The notes under the pieces were generated by a model that was not told where the DNA came from, ran no database searches, and saw nothing but the letters and a program-made list of their open reading frames with translations. The position numbers and the translations under genes were made by a program. This document shows, in pieces, positions 30,605-40,298 of a stretch of DNA of 64,000 bases (the first letter of the stretch is position 1; every line of letters starts with the position of its first letter). The stretch comes from Gemmatimonadota bacterium (GTDB lineage Bacteria; Gemmatimonadota; Gemmatimonadetes; Palauibacterales; Palauibacteraceae), in the NCBI GenBank assembly GCA_039589295.1, contig JBDHHR010000004.1, positions 26,554 to 90,553 on the forward strand, in the 5' to 3' direction.

Positions 30605-32461
30605 TCAGCGATCGATCTCGCCCAGCACAATGTCCAGGGACGCATTGATCGCCGCCACATCCGCTACCAGGGTGCCCTCCACCAGGTGCGAGAGAACTCC
30701 CAGGTTTACGAATGACGGTCCGCGGAACCGGCAGCGGACTGGCTTGGAACCTCCGTCGGAGACTATGCCGAATCCCAGCTCGCCCTTTGATGCCTCGATC
30801 GAGTACCACACCTCTCCCGCGGGCACCTGCAGGCCCTCCATGACCAGCTTGAAGTGGGCGATCATGGCGTCGATGGACGACATCGCGTCGCTCTTCGGCG
30901 GCAGGATGACGGCCGGATCGTCCACGTTGATAGGCCCGTCCGGGAGAAGGTCCAGTGCCTGCTGGATGATGCGCACGCTCTGTCGCATCTCCTCGATGCG
31001 AACCAGGTACCGGTCGTACGTGTCACCGTGGGCACCTATGGGGATGTCGAAGTCATACTCGTCGTAGCCGAGGTACGGCCTCGCCTTTCTCACGTCGTAC
31101 GCGACGCCGCTGGCCCTCAGGTTCGGACCCGTGAGGCCGTAGCCGATGGCCGTATCGGAATCGAGGACTCCCACGTCCACTGTACGAGCGAGCCAGATCG
31201 AGTTCCTGGACAGCAAGCTCTCGCTCTCGTCCAGGGTAGCCGGAAGGTTGTCGGCGAAATCTCGACACGCGTCGATCCACCCGGCTGGTAGATCAGCGAC
31301 CATTCCGCCGATCCGCGTCACCGATGTGGTGATGCGGCCACCGCAGTACGCCTCGTGAAGGTTGTAGATCCGCTCCCGTTCCTCGAAAGTGTACAGGAAC
31401 ACCGTCAGGGCACCCAGGTCGATGGCATTCGTACCGAGCCACAGCAGGTGTCCCAGAATCCGGTTCAACTCGCTGAGAATGACCCGAACGACGCGGCACC
31501 GCGGCGTGATGTCGATCCCCAGCAGGCTCTCCACCGCCAGCGCGTAGCCGACGTTGTACAGCACCGGCGCCAGGTAATCAATCCGGTCGGTGTATGGAAT
31601 CACCTGGTTCCACTCACGATACTCGCAGGTCTTCTCGAACCCCGTGTGGAGGTACCCGATGTGGGTGACGCAGCGGACGATCGTCTCACCATCGAGCTGA
31701 AGCACGAGACGTAGCACCCCGTGCGTCGCCGGATGCTGAGGCCCGAAGTTGAGGAGCATGGTCTCTCCCGCGAGACCTTCTCCGGATACGGTTCCCTCGG
31801 GCGGCAGCGACAGCGAAGAGGACGCGTGGCCCCCTTCAAGCCCCGGCAGCCCGCGCGCGAGTCTCAGTTCCTCCCGAGCATAGACGTCCTCGGCTCCCCG
31901 GTTCAGGGCTCTGGAGACTTGCTCGGAGCGGGCGAAGCGACCGCGGAGAGGAAAATCCTTCCGCAGGGGAAAGCCCTCGTCGTAGTTCTCCGGCATGAGG
32001 ATTCGCCGCAGGTCCGGGTGACCTTCGAAGAGGACCCCGAACATGTCGTAGACCTCGCGCTCCAACCAGTCGGCCGCCGCCCACAGGGACACGACGCTCC
32101 TCACCGAAAGCGCTCTGCGCGGGAGCCGACACACGACGCGGAGCTGACGTCCGTGGGTCATGGACCACAGCTGGTACCAGACCTGAATCGGCCTTCCACC
32201 CCCCGGGTCGAACCCCATCACGTCCGCCAGGAGGTCGTACGCCTGGCCGGAATCGTCTCGCAGGAACGCCAGAACCTCGTAGGTCCGAGCCGGATCGACG
32301 GTCACGACCGGAACTCCGGTGGCATCCGCGCACACGTCGCGGATCGCGTCGCCGTTCCGGCTGCGGAGCGCCTGGACGCCGGGGTGCTCCTCCCAGTCGT
32401 CCGGTGCCCGGGAACCGACGATCAGGTCCGTGCTTTCTTGCGGGGCCTCGGTCGCGGGCAT
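30605..32461 (-). CDS. nuoCD: NADH-quinone oxidoreductase subunit C/D fusion
   Basis: NuoC EREVYDMFG...HPDLRRIL...FPLRKDFP then NuoD NFGPQHPATHGVLR ... DIVLGEIDR in one ORF. Confidence 0.95.
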   Translation of the reverse strand: MPATEAPQESTDLIVGSRAPDDWEEHPGVQALRSRNGDAIRDVCADATGVPVVTVDPARTYEVLAFLRDDSGQAYDLLADVMGFDPGGGRPIQVWYQLWSMTHGRQLRVVCRLPRRALSVRSVVSLWAAADWLEREVYDMFGVLFEGHPDLRRILMPENYDEGFPLRKDFPLRGRFARSEQVSRALNRGAEDVYAREELRLARGLPGLEGGHASSSLSLPPEGTVSGEGLAGETMLLNFGPQHPATHGVLRLVLQLDGETIVRCVTHIGYLHTGFEKTCEYREWNQVIPYTDRIDYLAPVLYNVGYALAVESLLGIDITPRCRVVRVILSELNRILGHLLWLGTNAIDLGALTVFLYTFEERERIYNLHEAYCGGRITTSVTRIGGMVADLPAGWIDACRDFADNLPATLDESESLLSRNSIWLARTVDVGVLDSDTAIGYGLTGPNLRASGVAYDVRKARPYLGYDEYDFDIPIGAHGDTYDRYLVRIEEMRQSVRIIQQALDLLPDGPINVDDPAVILPPKSDAMSSIDAMIAHFKLVMEGLQVPAGEVWYSIEASKGELGFGIVSDGGSKPVRCRFRGPSFVNLGVLSHLVEGTLVADVAAINASLDIVLGEIDR

Positions 32462-32464
32462 GGC

Positions 32465-33169
32465 TCAGTCCAGATGCTCCAGAAGCGTCTCACGGCGGTC
32501 ACGCGGACGACGCACGGCGGTCGTCGACTCGATGCCGCTCACGCGGTTCTGGCGCGTCGAGTTCCCGAACGGCTGGGCCACGAGCTCGATGGCTTCCGGC
32601 GGAAGGTTGGGCTTGCCCACGGACGCCGGACTCTCGAGGCGCAGCTCACCGTCGGCCAGGGATTCGCCCTTTATCTTCTCCTGGATCATCATCAGGGCGT
32701 ACATCAAGCTCTCCGGGCGAGGCGGGCATCCCGGGACATACACATCCACGGGCACGACCTGGTCCACCCCCTGGACTATGGTATAGTTGTCGAACATGCC
32801 GCCGGAGCTGGCGCACGCGCCCATGGACACGCACCATTTCGGCTGCGGCATCTGATCCCAGATGCGGCGCACGACCGGCGCCATCTTGTAGCTCACGCGG
32901 CCGGCCACGATCATCAGATCGGCCTGCCGCGGGCTGTACGAGAAGCGTTCCATCCCGAAGCGGGCGATGTCGTACTTCGACGCCGCCGACGCCATCATTT
33001 CGATGGCACAACATGCAGTGCCTAGGGGCATGGGCCAGATCGAGTTGCGACGGGACCAGTTGATAACGGCGTCCAGCCGCGTCGTCACCCAGGACGCGGG
33101 AACGCCCGTATCCGCCCGTCCAGAGCTATTCGGAGAGATGGTGGGGAGCCCTCGCCGCTCGTCTGCCAT
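32465..33169 (-). CDS. nuoB: NADH-quinone oxidoreductase subunit B
   Basis: [31 protein letters not shown]. Confidence 0.96.
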   Translation of the reverse strand: MADERRGLPTISPNSSGRADTGVPASWVTTRLDAVINWSRRNSIWPMPLGTACCAIEMMASAASKYDIARFGMERFSYSPRQADLMIVAGRVSYKMAPVVRRIWDQMPQPKWCVSMGACASSGGMFDNYTIVQGVDQVVPVDVYVPGCPPRPESLMYALMMIQEKIKGESLADGELRLESPASVGKPNLPPEAIELVAQPFGNSTRQNRVSGIESTTAVRRPRDRRETLLEHLD

Positions 33170-33173
33170 CAGC

Positions 33174-33545
33174 TCAGTCCCATTCCAATGCACCCTTCTT
33201 CCACGCGTACGCGAGACCGGCGGCAAGCACCACGATGAAAATGAACATCTCGACGAGCCCGAACAGGCCCAGCTTCCGGTAGATGGCCGCCCAGGGGAGA
33301 ATGAAGATCGTCTCTATGTCGAAGACGATGAAGAGCATCGCCACTATGTAGTATTTCACCGAGAATCGCTCTCGTGCGTCTCCGAGGGCGCGGATTCCCG
33401 ACTCGTACGGGGCAGCCTTCACCACCGTCGGGCGGCGCACGCTCGCGAGGTGAGACAGAGCGAGAAAGAGCACCGCATTGAGGAGCCCGACCACGAACAG
33501 AGTCGCGATTCCGAGGTACGCCTGCCGCATCTGGTCTTCAGGCAC
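33174..33545 (-). CDS. nuoA: NADH-quinone oxidoreductase subunit A (start 33545 or 33530)
   Basis: [27 protein letters not shown]. Confidence 0.95.
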   Translation of the reverse strand: MPEDQMRQAYLGIATLFVVGLLNAVLFLALSHLASVRRPTVVKAAPYESGIRALGDARERFSVKYYIVAMLFIVFDIETIFILPWAAIYRKLGLFGLVEMFIFIVVLAAGLAYAWKKGALEWD

Positions 33546-33546
33546 C

Positions 33547-33564
33547 TTGTGAAAATGTTCACTT
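33547..33564. promoter_or_regulatory. Palindromic operator, Rex-like (also fits CRP/FNR-family spacing)
   Basis: TTGTGAAAATGTTCACTT versus Rex consensus TTGTGAA-N4-TTCACAA; lies between the nuo -10 box and nuoA start. Confidence 0.65.
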
Positions 33565-33573
33565 GCCGCGCCG

Positions 33574-33603
33574 ATTATAGCGCGGCCCGCTGCGTGGCGT
33601 CAA
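33574..33603 (-). promoter_or_regulatory. Sigma70 promoter of nuo operon
   Basis: TTGACG (33603-33598), 18 nt, TATAAT (33579-33574). Confidence 0.75.
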
Positions 33604-33688
33604 CACGTCCCGAAGGCGAAGAATACAGCACATTTAGGTTGTTTATTCTAATGCTGTTACAGTCACCAGCGGGTGTCGGCAAAACCGG

Positions 33689-34543
33689 ATGAGCGGTGGA
33701 CTGGCAGGACGGTCGGCGACAATCGCGGTCGAGGGTGGCGATATGTCCGTGGAGATCCTGGGAGCCGGAGCTCCGGTCCTGATGCTGCACGGCCTGAGCG
33801 CGAACCGCTGTACCTGGACAGCGGTAGCACGCAGGCTGGCGCCCACGTTTCAGGTGATACTCCCGGATCTGCTGGGTCGCGGAGAGTCGACCGCCCTGCC
33901 TACTGCCGGCTTCCGTCTAAGAGACGATGCCGGCAGGATCGCAGAGCTTCTGGACAGGCTGGAGGTCACGGCTCCGTTCATAGTGGGTCACTCCTACGGC
34001 GCGGCGATAGCCGTAGCCGTGGCGACCGACAGAATGGTCCGCGGGCTGCTGCTTGTCTCCCCGGTGTCGCCGGGTACACGGCGGCCGCCGATCCTCACCG
34101 CCCTACGGTTCTTCCCGGCCCGCGCGATCGCTGTGGGTCTGGTCCGCCTCTTCCGCCGCCGGCTCACGCGCTATATCCTCGAGCGTCGGGTTTATTCGCG
34201 GCCGGGTCTGGTCGACTCCGCGATGGTCGGGAAGTATGCGGAGCCTTACCGGGACCCGAGCCGCGCAGGAGCCTTGACCCGCGCCCTCGCCGAGTGGCAG
34301 CCGCGAGATCTCGGGTGCTTGGTGGAGCGGCTGGATGCACCGGCCCACGTGCTCACAGGGGAATTCGACAGGAGGATCAGCGTGGAGGCTGCGCGCGGCT
34401 GGGCTGACACGATTGGCGCCGGCTGCACCGTGCTGGCGGGCTGTGGACACGGCCTACCCGAGGAAGCCCCGGACGAGGTCGCCCGACACCTGCTGAGACT
34501 GAGTGCGGACATCAATACGGCCACGCGAGGGGGACCCATATGA
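33689..34543 (+). CDS. Alpha/beta hydrolase
   Basis: [19 protein letters not shown] nucleophile elbow, GEFD, CGH catalytic triad. Confidence 0.9.
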   Translation: MSGGLAGRSATIAVEGGDMSVEILGAGAPVLMLHGLSANRCTWTAVARRLAPTFQVILPDLLGRGESTALPTAGFRLRDDAGRIAELLDRLEVTAPFIVGHSYGAAIAVAVATDRMVRGLLLVSPVSPGTRRPPILTALRFFPARAIAVGLVRLFRRRLTRYILERRVYSRPGLVDSAMVGKYAEPYRDPSRAGALTRALAEWQPRDLGCLVERLDAPAHVLTGEFDRRISVEAARGWADTIGAGCTVLAGCGHGLPEEAPDEVARHLLRLSADINTATRGGPI

Positions 34544-35094
34544 GCATCAAGAGTGACGCCTGGATTCGGCGCATGGCGCTGGATCACAGCATGATCGACC
34601 CCTTCGAGGAGCGCCAGGTCCGCGAAGGTCGAATCTCGTACGGACTGAGCAGCTACGGGTACGACATGCGCGTGGCCGACGACTTCCGGATCTTCCACAA
34701 CGCTCTGTCGCCGGTCGTTGATCCCAAGGCGTTCGATGACCGATCGTTCGTGGAGTACCAGGGTGCCGAGTGCATCATACCCCCCAATTCCTTCGCACTT
34801 GGCCGGTCGGTTGAGTACTTTCGCATTCCCCGCGACGTCCTGACCATCTGCGTGGGGAAGAGCACTTACGCCCGCTGTGGGATCATCACCAACGTGACAC
34901 CCTTTGAGCCTGAGTGGGAAGGGTACGTTACCCTGGAAATCAGCAACACCACACCCCTCCCGGCGAAGATCTACGCCAACGAGGGTATCGCGCAGGTGCT
35001 GTTCTTCGAGTCGGACGAGACCTGCGAGGTGAGTTACGCGGACAAGAAGGGAAAGTACCAGGGGCAGGTGGGCGTCACGCCGCCGCGTCTGTAG
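34540..35094 (+). CDS. dcd: dCTP deaminase
   Basis: [37 protein letters not shown]. Confidence 0.97.
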   Translation: MSIKSDAWIRRMALDHSMIDPFEERQVREGRISYGLSSYGYDMRVADDFRIFHNALSPVVDPKAFDDRSFVEYQGAECIIPPNSFALGRSVEYFRIPRDVLTICVGKSTYARCGIITNVTPFEPEWEGYVTLEISNTTPLPAKIYANEGIAQVLFFESDETCEVSYADKKGKYQGQVGVTPPRL

Positions 35095-35166
35095 ACCGGC
35101 ATCCGCGCGCGCGCGCCTTCCCGGAGACAGACACTGGCGGCCGCGGCCTCCGCATGTTCCTTCGCT

Positions 35167-35544
35167 CTACGGCACCGCCAGGCGCAGGGCAGCCACGCAA
35201 CACAGGAGCCAGCCGAGGAGGAAGCAGATTCCTCCGAGAGGTGTGACAGCTCCGAACGCACGTACGCCGGTCAGGCTGAGGGCATACAGACTGCCCGAGA
35301 AGAGGAGGGTTCCGACTACGAACAGCCAGCCCGCAGAAGCCCACTGGCCAGACGGCCAGCGGGCCGCTGCCAGCGCGATGAACAGGAGCGCCAGGGCATG
35401 CACGAGTTGGTACCGCACACCGGTCTCGTAGACTGCGAGCATATCTGGCGGTATCCGGTCCCTCAGGAGGTGCGCTCCGAAGGCCCCGGCGGCTACGGCA
35501 AGGAATGCCGAGACCGAGCCCAGGAGCATAAAGGTCCGGTACAT
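35167..35544 (-). CDS. DUF423 family membrane protein
   Basis: AVAAGAFGAH, YQLVHALALL, LFSGSLY, TPLGG. Confidence 0.92.
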   Translation of the reverse strand: MYRTFMLLGSVSAFLAVAAGAFGAHLLRDRIPPDMLAVYETGVRYQLVHALALLFIALAAARWPSGQWASAGWLFVVGTLLFSGSLYALSLTGVRAFGAVTPLGGICFLLGWLLCCVAALRLAVP

Positions 35545-35657
35545 GCAGTAAAGATGGCGGTCCGGGGCCGGAGCCGCGAGTCCGGAACGGGCGAGCGAGA
35601 GTCCGGGACTTGCGAGGGGAAGGTGCCGACTCAGAGCTGACTCGGCGAACCCTGGGA

Positions 35658-37031
35658 ATGGAAACGGCAGGCAACATGACCGAAAGAGGACGGGACAGCT
35701 TCCAACACGGGATCGCTACGCGTGTGCTGGTCCTGCTGGCGGGCCGGGACGAGCGTGATGCGACGACGCGGGAGGCGGTGAGCCGCGCCGGGGTGCCAGT
35801 TTCCTTCTGCGTCGAGCCGGGTGAAGTCGAGTCGCGACTGGAGCCGTCCATCTCGCTGGTGATCCTGGATGCGGAGGCGCCGGACGGAGCGGCCAACCGG
35901 GTAGCAGGTGTGATCGCGACAGTCGGGAGCAACGCCCAAGTCCTGGCGCTCCTGCCTTCAGGCGCGGCGCCGGCGGATATCTTCGCCGTGGATGTCACGC
36001 CTCACTATCTCACCAGACCGTTCGCTGCGGAGACGTTGACCGCGCTGTGCCTGCACCTTCTGAGCTCGGATGTTCCGGAGACTGGAGTGTCCAAAGGCGT
36101 TGCGGCGGAGCCCGCCGGCGTGCAAGCCAGGAGTCCGCGCTCTCTGACGCCCATCCGCCTGTACGAGCAAGCCGTTGTCTTCGCGTCATCGGTGCTGGAT
36201 GCAGTCCGGGAGGACCGGCAACCTGATGTGCCGAGCGGGCGCACGCTCGCGGAGGAGATCCACACCGATCTCCTGCACGAAAACGGCCTCGTGAACCGAT
36301 CGCTCGAACCGCACGAGACGTATGATCTGGCAAGTCATTGTGTGAACGTGGCCATTATCGCGGGCAAGATCGCCATGGGCATGGCACTGGGAGTGGAGGA
36401 CGTCGTGAGGGTCGTCCACGCGGGGCTGATCCACGACCTGGGGATGGCGCGTCTGCCGGAATCAATCCTGCGAAAGCGCACACCGCTCTCGGAGGAGGAG
36501 CTCGCCCGGCTGAGGGAACACCCGGTGCACGGAGCGGACATCCTGGAAGACCTCGGGCCACGGTATGAGTGGCTCCAGCGGGCTGTCCTGCAGGAACACG
36601 AGCGTGCCCGAGGCCAGGGCTACCCGGGAGGTCTCGTCGGGCAACAGATCGACCCGGTCGCTCAGATTCTCGGGGTCGCGGACGTCTTTGAGGCGCTGTC
36701 CCATCCGCGCGTCTATCGCTCACCGTATACGGGACTCGAGGCCCTGGAAACGGTGGCGGGCATGCAGGAGGAGTATTTGCAGCCACGGATAGTGGCCGCC
36801 CTGGTGAACGAAATCTCAGCGTTTCCGTTGGACAGCTACGTCCAGCTAAGCACCGGTGAGATCGCTCAGGTCGTGGCCACCAACCCTGTCAATCTTCTCC
36901 GGCCTACAGTGGAGGTTCGCTGGAACGCTGAGTGGACTCCGATAGCTGGATCGACACGGCTGGATCTGGCTGAGTTTCCCGATGTCACAATCGCCCGTGC
37001 CCTGCTGGACGCCGAACTGCCCCTCACCTGA
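35658..37031 (+). CDS. HD-GYP domain protein with degenerate N-terminal receiver-like domain
   Basis: SHCVNV, GLIHDLG, EHERARGQGYP, VADVFEAL, RVYR; N-terminal LVILD...YLTRPF resembles REC. Confidence 0.85.
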   Translation: METAGNMTERGRDSFQHGIATRVLVLLAGRDERDATTREAVSRAGVPVSFCVEPGEVESRLEPSISLVILDAEAPDGAANRVAGVIATVGSNAQVLALLPSGAAPADIFAVDVTPHYLTRPFAAETLTALCLHLLSSDVPETGVSKGVAAEPAGVQARSPRSLTPIRLYEQAVVFASSVLDAVREDRQPDVPSGRTLAEEIHTDLLHENGLVNRSLEPHETYDLASHCVNVAIIAGKIAMGMALGVEDVVRVVHAGLIHDLGMARLPESILRKRTPLSEEELARLREHPVHGADILEDLGPRYEWLQRAVLQEHERARGQGYPGGLVGQQIDPVAQILGVADVFEALSHPRVYRSPYTGLEALETVAGMQEEYLQPRIVAALVNEISAFPLDSYVQLSTGEIAQVVATNPVNLLRPTVEVRWNAEWTPIAGSTRLDLAEFPDVTIARALLDAELPLT

Positions 37032-37085
37032 GCGTCACCAGTAGGGCGGAGCGATACAGCCGCTCTCAGATGGCGACCCACCGCA

Positions 37086-37121
37086 GAAAAGGGGGCGACG
37101 CAAGCGCGCCGCCCCCTTTTC
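37086..37121. terminator. Bidirectional intrinsic terminator
   Basis: GAAAAGGGGGCG...CGCCCCCTTTTC inverted repeat with A/T tracts on both sides, between convergent genes. Confidence 0.8.
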
Positions 37122-37182
37122 CTATAGCGTTCGCTCTCGCAGTCGGATGCCTGCTCCATGTGGCGAGCGAAGTCTTGCTCCG

Positions 37183-38235
37183 CTAGGCATCCGGCGAGGG
37201 CAGGAGGATCGCCGCGGTCACTGCCGCGTGCCACAGGAGTCCCACTCCCCTCCAGTGCCAGTTGTTTATCGCCTGTGCGCCTGCCTCTTTCAGGCGTATG
37301 GCGCTCTGCAGCAGTACCTGCTGAATCGGAGGTGGATCAACGCCGATGGCTTCTTCGGCGGCCTGAATGACTCGCTCGGCCAGCTCCAGGAGCTGCACCG
37401 CATCCTGCACGGTCGGCCGTTCACATTCCAGCACCGCGAAGAGCATCCTTGCCTCGGCCCGCCGCGCCAGCACGACCGCCCTCCGATACGCGGCGTGATC
37501 GAAAGCGAACCGGGCGCGGTGCAGGAGCTCGGTCGCCTGGAACATGACGCGCTCCTGCTTGAGGGTCGGGTCTTCGATGATCTCGCTGCCCAGCCGTACG
37601 GCCTCGATCGCTCGAGCGATGGCCAGACGGGCGTGGTTCATCGGATTCCGGATGAAGTCCCGGTGTCGATGACGCATTCGGTCTGTTATCTGGAGCGCCA
37701 GCAGGAGCCGCTCGCCGGCACCAATCAGGTCGCCGGAGTCACGGCGGCCGTAGGCCTCTTCCAACAGGGCCTGCACGGCGACCTCGAGATCGGCCAGACG
37801 CTCGAACTCGTCGTCCGCCTCGCTGAGACGCTCGACCAGGCTCTCCACCAGTCCGAACAGCTCGTCTATCGCTTCCTCGCCGCGCTGCTCGATCAGCGTC
37901 TCGACCAGCACTCGTCGGCACTCGGTGGCCTGGTCCTTGGCCGCCTCCTGGTCGCCCTGCCGTACCAGCTGGCGCGCTTCCGAGAAACATAATCTGGCTT
38001 CGGCGAACGGAGTCCCCGTACCGTCGTGCGGCGAGTCCATCGACAGGACCATGTCCTCCACCGCAACCTCAGCCAGCACATCGTCACCAGCCACCTGCAG
38101 TTCCATATCCGCGTTGACGCTGAGGTCGGCGGTTGAATTTCCATGGCCGACAGGTCCCGTGGGGCTGTCGCTACAGCCGGCGAGTCCGGTCGCCACGAGG
38201 GCCGCCAGCATCAGATGTCGAATTCGTGTGAGCAT
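37183..38235 (-). CDS. Hypothetical lipoprotein with alpha-helical repeats
   Basis: MLTRIRHLMLAALVATGLAGC lipobox; GGAGGG Shine-Dalgarno upstream; repeated helix-turn-helix units. Confidence 0.75.
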   Translation of the reverse strand: MLTRIRHLMLAALVATGLAGCSDSPTGPVGHGNSTADLSVNADMELQVAGDDVLAEVAVEDMVLSMDSPHDGTGTPFAEARLCFSEARQLVRQGDQEAAKDQATECRRVLVETLIEQRGEEAIDELFGLVESLVERLSEADDEFERLADLEVAVQALLEEAYGRRDSGDLIGAGERLLLALQITDRMRHRHRDFIRNPMNHARLAIARAIEAVRLGSEIIEDPTLKQERVMFQATELLHRARFAFDHAAYRRAVVLARRAEARMLFAVLECERPTVQDAVQLLELAERVIQAAEEAIGVDPPPIQQVLLQSAIRLKEAGAQAINNWHWRGVGLLWHAAVTAAILLPSPDA

Positions 38236-38303
38236 GGATCCCTCCCCGGTCCAGGCCGGAGAGTACCCCGGCCGGTTCGTCGTTTCCTGGGTCATTCGAC
38301 CTA

Positions 38304-38331
38304 TAGACGACCGTGGGAGCGGGAAGGTCAC
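38304..38331 (-). promoter_or_regulatory. Possible ECF sigma-factor promoter for the lipoprotein gene
   Basis: GTGACC (38331-38326), 16 nt, CGTCTA (38309-38304), resembling ECF AAC/CGT architecture. Confidence 0.35.
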
Positions 38332-38344
38332 CGCGCTAACCGGC

Positions 38345-38866
38345 TCAGAGAGGTACTGCAAGATAGGACCGCCCGTCGGCATCGAACTCCGACAATCTCA
38401 CCCGTCGCCCGAACGGCAGGTGCTCCACCTCGGTATGGACGTGCACCACATGGAGCGTGCCTTCTTCGTCCTGCCACTGAGCCCGGCCGGAGCCCGGCTC
38501 CGGTCCCACATGTCGGGTGACGATCTTCGCCTCGGTCCCTTCGAAGCCGGGTCTGTTGAAGGCCACTCCGCGAATGGGCCTGAGGTGACGGTCACGAAAC
38601 CGCGCCGTCCATCGTCCGAACACGAAGCCGAAGGCCGCGGCCACGGTCAGCACGAGAGGGAAGCGAGGCGCAGGCGAGCCGAGTCGGAGATCGTGGATCG
38701 CGCCGTTCCACGTGAGCCCCAGAACGGCCGCTGCCACTAGACCCGCGGCCAGTCCAACCCTATCCCTGCTCTGAAGTCGGCCGACCGCGGCGATCAAGAG
38801 TCCGGAGGCGGCGAGCGCCAGGAACACGAGGTTGTACCACTCCGTAAGGAATACCAGATAGCTCAA
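38345..38866 (-). CDS. Membrane protein with C-terminal NfeD/YqiJ-like OB fold
   Basis: Three hydrophobic N-terminal segments (WYNLVF start), then GTEAKIVT...GRAQWQDEEGTLHVV...GRRVRLSEFD. Confidence 0.65.
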   Translation of the reverse strand: MSYLVFLTEWYNLVFLALAASGLLIAAVGRLQSRDRVGLAAGLVAAAVLGLTWNGAIHDLRLGSPAPRFPLVLTVAAAFGFVFGRWTARFRDRHLRPIRGVAFNRPGFEGTEAKIVTRHVGPEPGSGRAQWQDEEGTLHVVHVHTEVEHLPFGRRVRLSEFDADGRSYLAVPL

Positions 38867-38947
38867 GTGATCATGTCCCCGGGCTGGCGGCGCTGGCGTC
38901 TGCCGTGGGCCGCTCGCACCGCCGGTCGCCCGGGAAGCGCTGAATGA

Positions 38948-39874
38948 TCAGATGCCGACCGAGGCCATGGTGGCGCGAACCGCCTCCGCCGAGACGTTCA
39001 GGGCCTCCCGCTCGCTCCCGGTCAATTCGACTTCGAGGATTCCCTCCATACCTTCCCGACCCAGCTTGCACGGCACTCCCAGGAACAGATCGGTCAGTCC
39101 GTACTCACCCTCGAGCCACGCAGCACACGGGAGGATTCGCTTCTTGTCGCGAACAATTGCCTCACACATCTGCACCGCAGCGGCCGAAGGCGCATAGTAC
39201 GCACTCCCGGTTCCGAGGTACTTCACGATCTCGCCACCACCTTTGCGCGTGCGCTGTACTATGGCCTCTATTCGCTCGCCGTCCAGGAGCTGGGTGAGGG
39301 GGATACCGCCCACAGTCACGGTGCTCACGATCGGGACCATGCTGTCGCCGTGTCCTCCCAGCACGAGCGCCTGGATGTCCTCGACGCTGACCTCCAGTTC
39401 CATGGCTATGAAGCTGCGGAAACGGGCCGTGTCGAGGACCCCCGCCATTCCGACGACCCTCTCACGAGGGAAGCCCGATACGCGCTTGGCGACGTAGGCC
39501 ATTATGTCGAGCGGGTTGGTGACCATGAGTATGATCGAGTCTGGACTCCACCTGGCGATTTCCTCCGAGATGCTCCTGACGATCGCGGTGTTTTTCGCCA
39601 GCAGGTCGTCGCGGCTCATCCCCGGTTTCCTCGCCAGGCCCGCGGTCACAACGTAAATGCCGGACCCGGCAGTCGGCTCGTAACTCTGCGATCCGGAGAC
39701 CATGGTGTCGAAACCCTCGACGGGCGCCGACTCCCATTGATCCAGTGCCTTGCCCTGCGGGATTCCTTCCAGGATGTCGACCAGGACCACCTCGCTCGCC
39801 AGCTCGTGCTCGGCTATACGCTGGGCGGCCGTGGCCCCTACGTGTCCCGCCCCAACAACCGTGATCTTATCCAC
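38948..39874 (-). CDS. mdh: Malate dehydrogenase (LDH-like)
   Basis: [21 protein letters not shown] (Arg specificity loop), LDTARF, GGHGD, GSAYYAP. Confidence 0.95.
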   Translation of the reverse strand: MDKITVVGAGHVGATAAQRIAEHELASEVVLVDILEGIPQGKALDQWESAPVEGFDTMVSGSQSYEPTAGSGIYVVTAGLARKPGMSRDDLLAKNTAIVRSISEEIARWSPDSIILMVTNPLDIMAYVAKRVSGFPRERVVGMAGVLDTARFRSFIAMELEVSVEDIQALVLGGHGDSMVPIVSTVTVGGIPLTQLLDGERIEAIVQRTRKGGGEIVKYLGTGSAYYAPSAAAVQMCEAIVRDKKRILPCAAWLEGEYGLTDLFLGVPCKLGREGMEGILEVELTGSEREALNVSAEAVRATMASVGI

Positions 39875-40036
39875 GATGACCGTCCAATCAACAGGTTGGA
39901 TGCTTGTAGAGAATGCGACGGCGGAACCTGACAGGGGGGCTGTGCCGCGGTCCCTCGACGGTCAAGCTACCCCACGACCACGGAACCGCAACCGGTTCGG
40001 GAGCTCGAGGGCCGCGTTCGATCGTGGCCCGGAATG

Positions 40037-40276
40037 TCAGCCACGCCGGGTAGTGAGGAACTCGGCTCGCCGGGCCGCCTCTTCGGCGACAGCTTCCAGC
40101 GCCCGATCCCATCTCTCGGGGCTCAGCCGCTCCGCGACCTCCTCCAGCAAAGCCAGAATCTCCAGCGCCTCCCGCCGGGTGACCGGAGCCGCCGCATCTT
40201 GCCCCGACAGGCGCTCCTTGAGGCCCACCAGTCGCTGTCGCTGCTCCTGGTATCTCTGTCGCTCTTCGTAGGTCAT
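40037..40276 (-). CDS. Small helical hypothetical protein
   Basis: MTYEERQRYQEQRQRL..., natural helical composition, directly downstream of moaA. Confidence 0.6.
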   Translation of the reverse strand: MTYEERQRYQEQRQRLVGLKERLSGQDAAAPVTRREALEILALLEEVAERLSPERWDRALEAVAEEAARRAEFLTTRRG

Positions 40277-40298
40277 CTTCCCGTATCGTCGCTCGCCT

